Below the pieces are notes generated by a model. The model worked only from the letters and a program-made list of their open reading frames with translations, searched no databases and had not been told where the DNA came from. From Macrostomum lignano (lineage: Eukaryota), in NCBI GenBank assembly GCA_002269645.1, contig NIVC01004254.1:1-52965 (forward strand): a stretch of 52,965 nt of DNA, read 5' to 3'. The position numbers and the translations under genes are program-made. Positions 36,998 to 47,477 of this stretch are shown piece after piece. Every line of letters starts with the position of its first letter. Within the stretch, counting starts at the first letter, position 1.

Positions 36998-37118
36998 AGA
37001 GGCTGGCAGGAGAAGTCGGTGACTCACGCCGCCGTTTTCCCATTGGTCGCCGTCCTGATTGCGGCGGCCGTGGCTGCCGCCATCCTCATCGTGATCTTCG
37101 TGGCCAGCTGCTATCACA
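36998..37118 (+). CDS. Candidate type-I membrane protein, exon 3 (transmembrane helix)
   Basis: TTGTTGCAG| ... CACA|GTGCGT: RGWQEKSVTHAAVFPLVAVLIAAAVAAAILIVIFVASCYH. Downstream exons (37195 or 37200 to 37241; 38338 onward) are ambiguous. Confidence 0.6.
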
Positions 37119-37369
37119 GTGCGTATTGAGATCATTTAATACTGTCAAGCATTTCGAATTTCAACTGTACAGATTTTGAAAATACGATTTTTAGCACAGT
37201 CACAATGTGGCCATTACATTCTGCCTCCGGTGGAATTGCCTGTGAGTCTGTCCATAATTCTGTTTTTTATTCACTCTTTGACAACCCCGCCCTATCCGCT
37301 TCAATGCTTTCCCCAGACACCATGCTGTCCCTTTTAAAGAGATCTAAAGTCCCTTAAGGGCCCGCAGTC

Positions 37370-38280
37370 CCCCACAGACACCTAGAGCCTCTCATAGACA
37401 CCCACAGTCCCCGACAGACACCTCATAGACACCTACAGTCCCCCAAACACCAACAGTTCTTACAGACACCTATATACAGTCTTCCACAGACACCTACAGT
37501 CTCTCATAGACACCCACAGCCCCCCCACAGACACCTACAGTTTCTAATAGACACCTACAGTCTCTCATAGACACCCACAGTCCCCCCACAGACACCTACA
37601 GTCTCTCATAGACACCAGCATTCCCCCACAGACACCTACAGTCTCTCATAGACACCAGCATTCCCCCACAGACACCTACAGTCTCTCATAGACACCAGCA
37701 TTCCCCCACAGACACCTACAGTCTCTCATAGACACCCACAGTCCCCCCACAGACACCTACAGTTTCTAATAGACACCTACAGTCTATCATAGACACCAGC
37801 ATTCCCCCACAGACACCTACAGTCTCTCATAGACACCCACAGTCCCCCCACAGACACCTACAGTTTCTAGTAGACACCTACAGTCTCTCATAGACACCCA
37901 CAGTCCCCCCACCGACACCTACAGTTTCTAGTAGACACCTACAGTCTCTCATAGACACCCACAGTCCCCCCACAGACACCTACAGTCTCTCATAGACACC
38001 AGCATTCCCCCACAGACACCGACAGTCTCTCATAGACACCAGCATTCCCCCACAGACACGGTCTACAGTTTCTAGTAGACACCTACAGTCTCTCATAGAC
38101 ACCCACAGTCCCCCCACAGACACCTACAGTCTCTCATAGACACCCACAGTCCCACCACAGACACCTACAGTTTCTAATAGACACCTACAGTCTCTCATAG
38201 ACACCTACAGTCTCTCATAGACACCCACAGTTCCGACAGACACATACAGTCTCCCTTAGACACCCGCAGTCTCCCACACC
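37370..38280. repeat. Composite minisatellite of about 20-bp subunits (AGACACCTACAGTCTCTCAT / AGACACCCACAGTCCCCCCAC)
   Basis: Alternating tandem subunits. Confidence 0.92.
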
Positions 38281-39017
38281 CACAAAACATGGCACTTGTC
38301 GCAGAAGTCAATGATTACATTCAGTGAAGTCTCACAGTTACAATGTACCCACAACCTCTCAACTCGTTAACAATCCAAAAAACAGCCCGAAATGACCGAG
38401 CTGAACGAACTGACTCTGTCGGCCTTCATGGCGCCTGACTCATCATTAAGCAATACATCTTACGAAGAGACAATGGAATATCCGTCTCCTATTGAGGTCT
38501 GGAGTTCGAACACTGTTTCGCACTTAGATCTGCTTTTGTTGTGTTTGCGGCGCGAAAATTGGCGCCATTTTTAAAATATAATAACTTAGTTTAGATTCAA
38601 GTGTGATTAATATTATTCGACAACCAAGATTAACGTACAATAACAAATCCTTTCTGGTCAGTGACCATGCAGCAGATAGCCCGATTGTTTAACACCTGGT
38701 AACTCGTTTGTTGATTTATTGCAGGCCAACTCAGAGAGGATTGACAGCAAATCGAGAGAACTCAAAAGCGGAACTAAGGAAGACATCGCTTAACGCGCTG
38801 GTCGCACTAACTTGAAAGTAAATCAATCAAGCAGCCACTGTAACGGATTTCTTAACTATGTTTTTAGGTATATCTACGAGCTTTTGTGCGTCTGGTTTTT
38901 GCCACCTTGACTTGTTTTTACCTGTTTTATTTTACACACTAAAGTTGCACTGTAACTGATAGAAGATTACTGCACGTAAATAAGCATTTGGGCTGATACT
39001 TCCGTGTTACTTTACCG

Positions 39018-39425
39018 GCTAGTTGAGAGCGCGTGTTTATTGTCTGAGAGTGTGTACTTTCTCTCGGGCTAGTTGAGAGCGCGTGTTTATTGTCTGAGAG
39101 TGTGTACTTTCTCTCGGGCTAGTTGAGAGCGCGTATTTATTGTCTGAGAGTGTGTACTTTCTCTCGGGCTAGTTGAGAGCGCGTGTTTATTGTCTGAGAG
39201 TGTGTACTTTCTCTCGGGCTAGTTGAGAGCGCGTGTTTATTGTCTGAGAGTGTGTACTTTCTCTCGGGCTAGTTGAGAGCGCGTATTTATTGTCTGAGAG
39301 TGTGTACTTTCTCTCGGGCTAGTTGAGAGCGCGTATTTATTGTCTGAGAGTGTGTACTTTCTCTCGGGCTAGTTGAGAGCGCGTATTTATTGTCTGAGAG
39401 TGTGTACTTTCTCTCGGGCTAGTTA
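39018..39425. repeat. 50-bp tandem repeat, 8 copies
   Basis: GCTAGTTGAGAGCGCGT(G/A)TTTATTGTCTGAGAGTGTGTACTTTCTCTCGG at exact 50-nt spacing. Confidence 0.97.
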
Positions 39426-39570
39426 AGAGGTACGGGGAGTCTTTTCACGTCACTAATTTTCTCTCCGATTAGTTGAAAAAGTGTTTACTGAAATAACTTC
39501 AACTGATCGTTCTGTAAATTATGGTTTTACCAATATTTAACCTTGAGAATTTAATACCCAAATATTTTAG

Positions 39571-39871
39571 GTCACATCGGCGCAAAACGATGATTATGAC
39601 TCCGGCGGAGCAGTTAGCGGCAGAGGCGGCGGTGGTGGCAGTGGAATCGGGTCTCCGTCGATTCCACTGTCCCTGACCATCGCCATCGTCTGCTGCTGCT
39701 GTTGTTGCTTCGGCGGAGTGGCCGTGGCAGCGGCAGGTGGAGGCGGGGGCGCCAGCAGCGGTCTCGGAGTATCGGGCAGCTTTCTAGACTGCTACAGACA
39801 AACTGCCAGCAGCATGTCGCTGGCCAAGGCTGCCGCCGTTTTGATCAAACTTCCTACAAGTTTGAAACTTG
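39571..39871 (+). CDS. EGF/TNFR protein, first recognisable coding exon (Gly-rich, hydrophobic segment, Cys6)
   Basis: ATTTTAG| phase 0, open for 100 codons: VTSAQNDDYDSGG..SIPLSLTIAIVCCCCCCFGGVAVAAAG..LPTSLKL. Donor G|GTCAGA. No in-frame ATG before the hydrophobic segment. Confidence 0.5.
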
Positions 39872-39969
39872 GTCAGAGTTCATTTTACTTTTACCGTTTG
39901 ACAAATTATTTGAGAATTTACGCAAAGCATTAACAGTTGAAAAAATTCTCCATCAACAATTGTTCCCAG

Positions 39970-40065
39970 ACTCTCTAGAGGTGTTCGTGCAGGATCCGCA
40001 GTCCTCAGTGAATCTGGATGATTGGACTGCAGACGGGACTTGGGCAACCCCAGTTCGAGTTTTTG
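39970..40065 (+). CDS. EGF/TNFR protein exon
   Basis: TTCCCAG| ... TTTG|GTAAGA, phase 1-1: DSLEVFVQDPQSSVNLDDWTADGTWATPVRVF. Confidence 0.6.
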
Positions 40066-40079
40066 GTAAGAGAATAGGG

Positions 40080-40930
40080 GAGGTGGGAGTGTGGGATCAC
40101 GGACTGTGGGATCTGGGAGTGTGGGATCACGGACTGTGGTATCTGGGAGTGTGGGATCTGAGAGTGTGGGATCTGAGAGTGTGGGATCTGGGAGTGTGGG
40201 ATTTGAGTGTGTTTAGTTAGGTAATGGGGGATCTGGGAGTGTGGGATTTGAGTGTGTGGGATTTGAGTGTGTGGGATTTGAGTGTGTGGGGTTAGGGAAT
40301 GGGGGATCTGGGAGTGTGGGATCTGAGAGTGTGGGATTTGAGTGTGTGGGGTTAGGGAATGGGGGATCTGGGAGTGTGGGATCTGAGAGTGTGGGATTTG
40401 AGTGTGTGGGGTTAGGGAATGGGGGATCTGGGAGTGTGGGATCTGAGAGTGTGGGATTTGAGTGTGTGGGGTTAGGCAATGGGGGATCTGGGAGGGTGGG
40501 ATTTGAGTGTGTGGGATCTGAGAGTGTGGGATCTGAGAGTGTGGGATCTGAGAGTGTGGGATCTGAGAGTGTGGGATCTGAGAGTGTGGGATCTGAGAGT
40601 GTGGGATCTAAGAGTGTGGGATCTGAGAGTGTGGGATCTGAGAGTGTGGGATCTGAGAGTGTGGGATCTGAGAGTGTGGGATCTGAGAGTGTGGGATCTG
40701 AGAGTGTGGGATCTGAGAGTGTGGGATCTGAGAGTGTGGGATCTGAGAGTGTGGGATCTGAGAGTGTGGGATCTAAGAGTGTGGGATCTGAGAGTGTGGG
40801 ATCTGAGAGTGTGGGATCTGAGAGTGTGGGATCTGAGAGTGTGGGATCTGAGAGCGTGGGATCTGAGAGTGTGGGATCTGAGAGTGTGGAATCTGAGAGT
40901 GTGGGATCTGAGAGTGTGGGATCTGAGAGT
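40080..40930. repeat. 15-bp minisatellite (GTGGGATCTGAGAGT)
   Basis: Fills almost the whole intron 40066-40942. Confidence 0.97.
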
Positions 40931-40942
40931 GACACTCAGCAG

Positions 40943-41254
40943 GAGTGTGTACGACATCTGGAAGTGCGTTAACTGAAAATTATTTCGAGTGCAATAAACT
41001 CAAAACCAGTCCCTGGCACCTCATCCGCTTGAGCACAGATGCCCCAGATCTTCCAAGCGATTTCGCCCATGCGGTGGCCGCATCCCAGCTTGACGACGCC
41101 TGTCTCGATGCTGCCGAGTGCCAGGTGGCCAAGGGCCAGGGCCGTCTGGGCTGTCGACCGACAACTAAGGAGGTGGGCAGAGCGGGCGGATCAAGCGATC
41201 GATGCCTGTGCATCCGGGGATTTGAGTTCTACGCGCCCAGCGGCTCCTGCGTTG
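40943..41254 (+). CDS. EGF/TNFR protein exon with a six-Cys EGF/EB-like module
   Basis: Phase 1-1, donor GTTG|GTAAGG. Reads ...DDACLDAAEC..GC..DRCLCIRGF..GSCV. Confidence 0.7.
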
Positions 41255-41578
41255 GTAAGGAGAGAGAGGGTGAGGAGAGAGGAGAGGAGAAGAGAGAGGG
41301 GGTGAGGAGGGAAGGGATGAGGAGGGAAGGGGTGAGGAGGGAAGGGGTGAGGAGAGAGGGGGTGAAGAGAGGGGGGTGAGGAGAGAGGGGTTGAGGAGAG
41401 GTGTGATGAGAGAAGGATGAGGATAGATATGACGTGGGAGAGGGGGGGGGGCAGGTTGAGGCGCGAAGCAAAATAAGAGATGGGCAGGAGAGGATAATTA
41501 TTGCAGATGTCTAAGAAAGCTGATGAAGCCCATCCAAACCTGAATAAATAAACTTCCGGCACTAAAATCATGCCACAG

Positions 41579-41701
41579 ACATAGATGAGTGCTCGGCGAG
41601 CCGCAATCCCTGCTCAGAGCTGGCCGTGTGCACCAACACGGTGGGATTCTACCGGTGCCTCTGTCGACCTGGTTACTATGGCAACGGGAAAGTGTGCAGA
41701 G
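41579..41701 (+). CDS. Calcium-binding EGF domain exon
   Basis: DIDECSASRNPCSELAVCTNTVGFYRCLCRPGYYGNGKVCR is the canonical cbEGF consensus. Phase 1-1, CCACAG| ... G|GTGAGA. Confidence 0.92.
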
Positions 41702-41853
41702 GTGAGAAATTGAAGCTTCTTTGTTTAGTTTGAAATTGAATTTGTAAAACAGCACTAATTTCGACCTTCCCTAAAAGATTACGATTTTATAAAGTTGGAC
41801 TTTTGTCAACGAGTACATGAACTGGGAAAGTAATTGTTGTTATCTGCTTCCAG

Positions 41854-41926
41854 AGTGCAGCCGAGAATGTCCGTCCGGCCAGTTTCTGGTTGCGAGTGCA
41901 CGCCTCATCGGATATCGTTTGCCAGG
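41854..41926 (+). CDS. TNFR-type cysteine-rich repeat exon (needs two 1-nt insertions)
   Basis: ECSRECPSGQFLV, then ECT and SSDIVCQ in shifted frames. CTTCCAG| ... G|GTGAGT. Confidence 0.6.
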
Positions 41927-42070
41927 GTGAGTCGTTGATTACTTGATTGTCGTTGAGTACTTACATCACAGCAGCTAACCCATTGCATAACTCAACCATA
42001 TCGCGGTCTAGAAGTTAAGCTGTCTTCTGCTCCAAGTGCTTATAACGACTCGCTGTCGTCCCTTTTATAG

Positions 42071-42220
42071 CAGGGGTCAGCAAACCTTTTAAACTTGAAG
42101 GCCAGATTTAGAAGCTAGAGTATGACTCTATAATGAATATGTAGAGAAGAGATAGAGAGGGGGAGAGAGGAGGGGAGAGTGGAGAGGGAAGATAAGAGAG
42201 GAGAGGAGAAAAGGGTAGAG
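42071..42220 (+). mobile_element. hAT-type MITE end followed by GA-rich tract
   Basis: CAGGGGTCAGCAAACCTTTT..GAAGGCCAGATT, similar to the 3538 end. The other terminus was not located. Confidence 0.4.
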
Positions 42221-43973
42221 AGCCGAGAACTGATAAAAGACTGCAGCTTACCTTTCGTATGCCTTAGCTTAATTATTTATTGAAATGTCTGACAGAAAGA
42301 TCTCGCAATGTTTCTTCGATTAAAATGATTCGCTGAAAAAATCCGTACCGTATTTCTGCCCAGAGGTTATAAATATATTAAGCTCTCGAGTGACAGCTCA
42401 GGGCACGCCCCAATCTCCAGCACTCTGCAGCTCTGCAGTCAATGCAGTTCCGGATTAAAGTGGCAGCCGACAGCTTCTTGTTTTTAAGGGGAAAAAGCAA
42501 TTCACTGTTCACAAAGACTCGAGTGGGTGTTTTCTGTCTGAATCTAACACCCTCAGCATTGAGCTGGGCTCGTGCGGAGGCAACGCCTCAATCGAGTCCG
42601 TCTCTAAGCCACCCCTGATATCGGTTGCTAAATGCTTCTATATTTCCCCACAATGTTCTCCTCTCAACTCCGTTTCCCGCAAAGAGTTGGTCAGAGGCAA
42701 GTTTAAGCAACAGGAATCTCATGACAGCCTGCAGTTGCCAAGGCTCAAGAAGAAAGAGATCAGAAGACGGGAACAAAAAATGCGTGCATCCGTACAAAAA
42801 TTGCCGCTGCAGACTTAAGAATTGCCGAGGCCACTCAGGATTGGGATTAATGACTTGTTCAACAACTCAGGAAAATTGGCCTTTCTGAGCTCCTCTCGAT
42901 GGCCCTACTGAACTCTTTACCGCTGAAGTCCAACGGATCTCCTGTTCCGTTGTCTATCAAAAAGCTGAAAGTAAATATGGATAAGAATTGTACAGTAGCA
43001 TTTTGAACTTCTACAGTCCACGTCTCACCACTAAGCGTCTGTGGAATGCTCACCTTTTATTCTTGCCAATGTAAAAAAGTAAGCAAAGAATGAAATAATA
43101 ATTCCCACACCGCCGCGGCCACTTCATCGGCACTTGAGCCAACGGTTTGAATTCGAGCTTTTATCCAAGTGAACAATGGAATGCACAGAAAATGTGTGAG
43201 AAAATACAAGTAACTGACCGCTGCTGCATATTGGCCATTTGATTGCGAGCGCTTTTATAGCAAAGTGATAAGTAGACTAACATGCAGGTGTATTTAGCTG
43301 ATGGATAATATTCCAGTTGTCAGTCACTCTAAAATAATCGACTTATTGGGCATGTGTTCTAAAACAAGCATTGCCACTTCCAGTTGGAAGATTCGCTGCT
43401 CGTCACGAGTACCTGCATGTGCGCCCGCCTCCCCTACTCAAATTCATAACATAGCGCAGATGAGAATTAAATAAAGAAAATATAAAAAGACAGCCAAAAA
43501 GCATAAGCAAAAAAAACGGTTGGAAGGCCACTTCAAGATCGGGTGGGTGACCCCCCCCCCATGCAGCCAGCGCCGATTGGCTGCTTAGGCCCAAGAGCAG
43601 AGACCTCTGCCAGAAGCAGAAACACAGCTGGAAATAAGAACCCGGCGACGACGTGACAAGACGGGCAAAGCGAAAGACAAAACAAAAGAAGAGCGGCAGC
43701 GAGGAGGGAGAGAGAGAGACGAAGTGCCGAAGAGAAAAAGGTGCAGAAAAGAGGCGTTTTAAGGCGCAGAAAGCTGGAACGAATTGCTATTGCCTGTAGG
43801 AAGCATCAACACGGTGCCGGCTCACAGCTTGAGGCTTGCGGAAGATCTGCACCTTGCCGTTTTTTGCTTAGGATTGAGGCTGCAAAGATCCACCTCTTGC
43901 TCCCTCGCTGTCCCTGAAGTTTGTCTCCAAAAAGGGACGCTAGAGGCGGCGCCAGTTCAGCCTGACCACCTCT

Positions 43974-44163
43974 ATGCTGCCAAATGAACAGCAATGCACG
44001 GCTGCTTTCCAACGGCTAATGCTGTTGCTGTTATTGCTGCTTCAACTGCGAATGCTGCAGTGTCGAGATGAGTCAACACCGAGCTGCCCGCCTGGCTTCT
44101 ACGATGCAAGTCAAGGAGTGAATGCGCCGCTTCTTGGGAAGCCACGGAAGCCGCAGTGCGTTC
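43974..44163 (+). CDS. Possible alternative first exon or separate gene start (signal-peptide-like + CPPGFY)
   Basis: MLPNEQQCTAAFQRLMLLLLLLLQLRMLQCRDESTPSCPPGFY...KPQCV, donor C|GTGAGT, phase 1. Confidence 0.4.
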
Positions 44164-44600
44164 GTGAGTATTCGTTAATAATGACCTTGTGGCGCCGCTC
44201 TGCGACCTTGGTCCTGAATCCATGTTTTTGTCGCTGTTGGTTTGCCGTCGCGATGAAGGATTTGAAGAGAGGCTTCTTCCACACACAAATATTGTTGCTT
44301 AAAAAGATATTTAGATTTGAGACTTGAAAAAAAAATTATTAAAACAAGTAATTTAAAAAATATATATTTTTGCAAGTGGGCTCATGGACAGCTCTTCTCA
44401 CATTTTAATCGGTTCAGTAAAGCTTAACAAATTGCTCGCGCTGTTTATTAAAAATAAGTACAATAGTCATGTAGATTAATAGTCAATAATTAATGTACAA
44501 TAGTCAATTAATTATACTTCCGTCTCAACGACTCTCTGTATGTAACGAGTTATAACAAAGTGTGAAGAAATGTAATTTTTCATATATTAATCGTTTACAG

Positions 44601-44672
44601 ACGCAGTTCGTCCACTAAGCAAAGAAGACAATCGTTTGAAAGATGAAGACTTTAAGCCAGTTTCAGAAGCGG
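44601..44672 (+). CDS. EGF/TNFR protein linker exon
   Basis: TTTACAG| ... G|GTAAGT, 72 nt, phase 1-1: AVRPLSKEDNRLKDEDFKPVSEA. Confidence 0.6.
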
Positions 44673-45044
44673 GTAAGTTTATTTGGTTGTTTAAAACAAT
44701 GCAAAATAGCCCGCTTTTTGCAGATGTAGAGCTAGGGATAGAGGACTTCCAATGTCTAATATTTGTTGTGATGGGAAAGAGTTGTTGATCTGGGGTGCTG
44801 TTGTTCAACCATTGTTTAGATCATAAGTAGTCATTTAGGCTTTTGCTAATGAAACAGATATGTTACTTTTAAGTTATTGCGTTTTGATTAGAGTTAGACT
44901 GACAGGAGGAAAGCTGAAAATCGAGAGAAAAACACTTGACTTAAAGCTTAATTTCTTTCAAATACACTTTATTAGATTGACTGAATCGTGGCTGAGTAGG
45001 TTGTAAAGATGGTCTGGATAAAGCCAGGCCTGGGTCAATGTACG

Positions 45045-45372
45045 TTTTGTGGCTTATTGAATGACTTGGGACGTAGCGGAGGGTCTGGGAGTTTGTCTTG
45101 CCCAATGTACATTAAAATTTATTTCAAACCTTTTTGTGGCTTATTGAATAATTAGGGACGTAGCGGAGGGTCTGGGAGTTTGTCTTGCCCAATGTACTTT
45201 TTTATTTATTTCAAACCTTTTTGTGGCTTATTGAATAATTAGGGACGTAGCGGAGGGTCTGGGAGTTTGTCTTGCCCAATGTACATTAAAATTTATTTCA
45301 AACCTTTTTGTGGCTTATTGAATAATTAGGGACGTAGCGGAGGGTCTGGGAGTTTGTCTGGGCCAATGTACA
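45045..45372. repeat. 87-bp tandem repeat, about 3.8 copies
   Basis: GTGGCTTATTGAA recurs at 45049, 45136, 45223 and 45310. Confidence 0.93.
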
Positions 45373-45606
45373 TTTAATTTTATTTTAACGCTTTTATGGC
45401 CGACTGAGTGACAAAGGTTTGCTCCAGATTAACGAGCTTGTGCTTCGTCCCTCCCTGTGTTTCTAGATAATAGTTTAATTACATGTAATAGTTTAGTTAG
45501 ATAAATTAGTCTAACTTATTTCTCAGTTAAAAGGTACTCTTAGAGTCTGAATAAAAAGTATATTTATCGCTAGCCATCACAAATTTAAATCGCCACATTT
45601 CTACAG

Positions 45607-45725
45607 AAGCCGCCACTTTCAAGTCGGTGCACTCGAATAATCTGATTGCGGAGAAGAGTTTGCTGAAATGGCGGTCCCACACTGTGCCTCTCAGCGGCAA
45701 CGGAGTCACCAAACAGTTTGTCTGG
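45607..45725 (+). CDS. C-terminal region exon
   Basis: TTTCTACAG| ... TGG|GTACGT, phase 1-0: AATFKSVHSNNLIAEKSLLKWRSHTVPLSGNGVTKQFVW. Confidence 0.6.
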
Positions 45726-46074
45726 GTACGTCGCTGCTGCTTGTTGACTGGATTTGCTGGGCTTCAGAAATCTGCTTCTCGATCAAATTCATTTTGAGGA
45801 ATAGAACTACCTCTTATTCTCTATTCTCAACCAGTTCGTTCTCACCAATCTCGCCGTCATTCTCACTCTCATTCTCACGCTTGCTTTCATTGTCAATGTC
45901 CCCCTCAACCTTTCTCATTCTCACCCTCAATCCTACTCTCATTCCCACTCTCACCCTCACTTCACTCTTGAGACCTCACCCACGTCCCTCTTACTCTCAG
46001 AGAGTATCTCAACCTCACTCTCTCACTCTCACTCTTACCCTCACTGTCACCAGCTCACTCTCTACTAACGCTCC

Positions 46075-46137
<63 letters not shown>

Positions 46138-46356
46138 AGCTTCAGTTTTACTTTCAAAATACCTAGCTCTCATTTTACTTCCATTCTCATTCTCGCTTTT
46201 ACTTCTATCCTCCCATTTAAAATTTGTTGTTCTTGTTCCTTTCACTCCATTTATCATTTATGTCGCAGGGAAACTCTCAGTGTTTGCATTGTTGTTCATG
46301 CACCCTGATCCATACTTATCCTTTAATGTTGCTGATGGTGAACTTTTGGTTTACAG

Positions 46357-46565
46357 GCAGGCAGCCACCCCGACTTGGAGGTCCGCCTGTGGGTGAAGGA
46401 CGCCAATTTGATCCCTACTTACATCGACGGAAATAAGAAGCGAGCGGACGGACGAGACGCGTCGGATAATGAGTTCATGTCTCACCTGATCTCATATTAC
46501 AGTAGAAAGTGGCAGCATTTGAAAGCGCCGCGAGTTTATTCCAGTATTATGAAGAATTATTGCAG
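46357..46565 (+). CDS. C-terminal region exon
   Basis: TTTACAG| ... AG|GTAAGT, phase 0-2: AGSHPDLEVRLWVKDANLIPTYID...SSIMKNYCR. Confidence 0.7.
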
Positions 46566-46689
46566 GTAAGTTGGGTATGCAGTGCTGTCAAGTTACCTAT
46601 TAGCATTATTGAAGCCTAATTGAAAATGCAAGTACAATATTTGAATACCATTGAGCTTAAACTGAAAGTTCAATAATTTCAATTTTCAG

Positions 46690-46873
46690 ACAGCCGGTGC
46701 CGCTGCACTACAAAGTGACGCTTCGTCGAAAGAAGCGCGTGTTCAGCGAACTCCACCGAATCTCGTGCAGTTCTCCTGTGGAAATAGACGGCATTGTGTA
46801 CACCTGCCCACCAGAGTACCTGCCAGATGATTACTACATAAGCAGAAAGCTCACTTCTCCGTGTTACAAGCAG
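46690..46873 (+). CDS. C-terminal region exon
   Basis: TTTTCAG| ... CAG|GTAAAT, phase 2-0: QPVPLHYKVTLRRKKRVFSELHRISC..TCPPEYLPDDYYISRKLTSPCYKQ. Confidence 0.72.
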
Positions 46874-47316
46874 GTAAATCCGGAAATTTGGTATCGACCA
46901 ATCAGTGACGCGATGAGAAAGTAGTAGAGAAATGTTAAGCAGATTAGTTGAGAAATTTTTAGAAATTAGACAGGAATCATGTTGTTTCCACAGCATAATC
47001 TATCGCCTTAACGCTTCATTTCTGCACTTTTTTAATTGAAAGCAGTTAAAAAGTATGTACAATTGACCAGAAATTTCTGAAAATTCCGATCTGGTATTGA
47101 ACAGGTCAAACAAAGGTACAATGAAAAAAGCAAAGAACGAAGGCTCAAGTTTGCCTAATCTAGGTAGCGAATATAATAGTGATAAGAATAATAATTACAC
47201 CTGGCCCAATTATGCCAGAGGTGCAACCGACAGCTCAGTCGCAGCTATTGGCCAGCGCATCTGAAGGCTGCGTACGGCTGTTCAGTCCAAGGACTAGGGG
47301 GGTCGCCACACACACC

Positions 47317-47477
47317 CTCAATTACCCCAGCTAATGCTGGCACCAATTTTACAGCTGGGTGAACTGAAGCAATGCAGAGTTAAGTGTCTGGCTCAAGGAG
47401 ACAAATTGTTCCGAATGGGTTGGGAATCGAACCCCTGACCTTTCTGTCGTAAGTCCGACGCTCCAACCACTAGGCAA
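47317..47477 (-). mobile_element. tRNA-derived CORE-SINE-like element (copy 2)
   Basis: The minus strand has an A-box-like GCCTAGTGG (47467-47475) and a B-box GGTTCGATTCC (47423-47433) in a tRNA-like head, followed by the CORE-like segment. Confidence 0.65.

Noticed and set aside
38338-38790. Terminal exons for the small membrane protein (ORF 38392-38574; 38725 onward)
   Set aside because: Several mutually exclusive frames are possible, and the most natural-looking ORF is preceded by an in-frame stop; not supportable without transcripts.
39018-39425. Regularly spaced repeats (also 7756-8042, 45045-45372, 33575-33850) as possible CRISPR arrays
   Set aside because: The units are head-to-tail without unique spacers (or degenerate), there are no cas genes, and the context is eukaryotic.
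41515-41560. CTGATGA as a hammerhead ribozyme core (also 1224, 16129, 22959)
   Set aside because: No stem II followed by GAAA and no flanking helices.
42625-43800. Cys-rich ORF 42625-42888 and Lys/Arg-rich stretch 43590-43740 as exons of the EGF/TNFR gene
   Set aside because: I could not find acceptor and donor pairs phase-compatible with the neighbouring exons; left unassigned.
47420-47477. Functional tRNA gene (also the remnant at about 36900-36960)
   Set aside because: No clean acceptor or anticodon stems, and it runs directly into a CORE-like repeat, so it is better explained as a SINE head.
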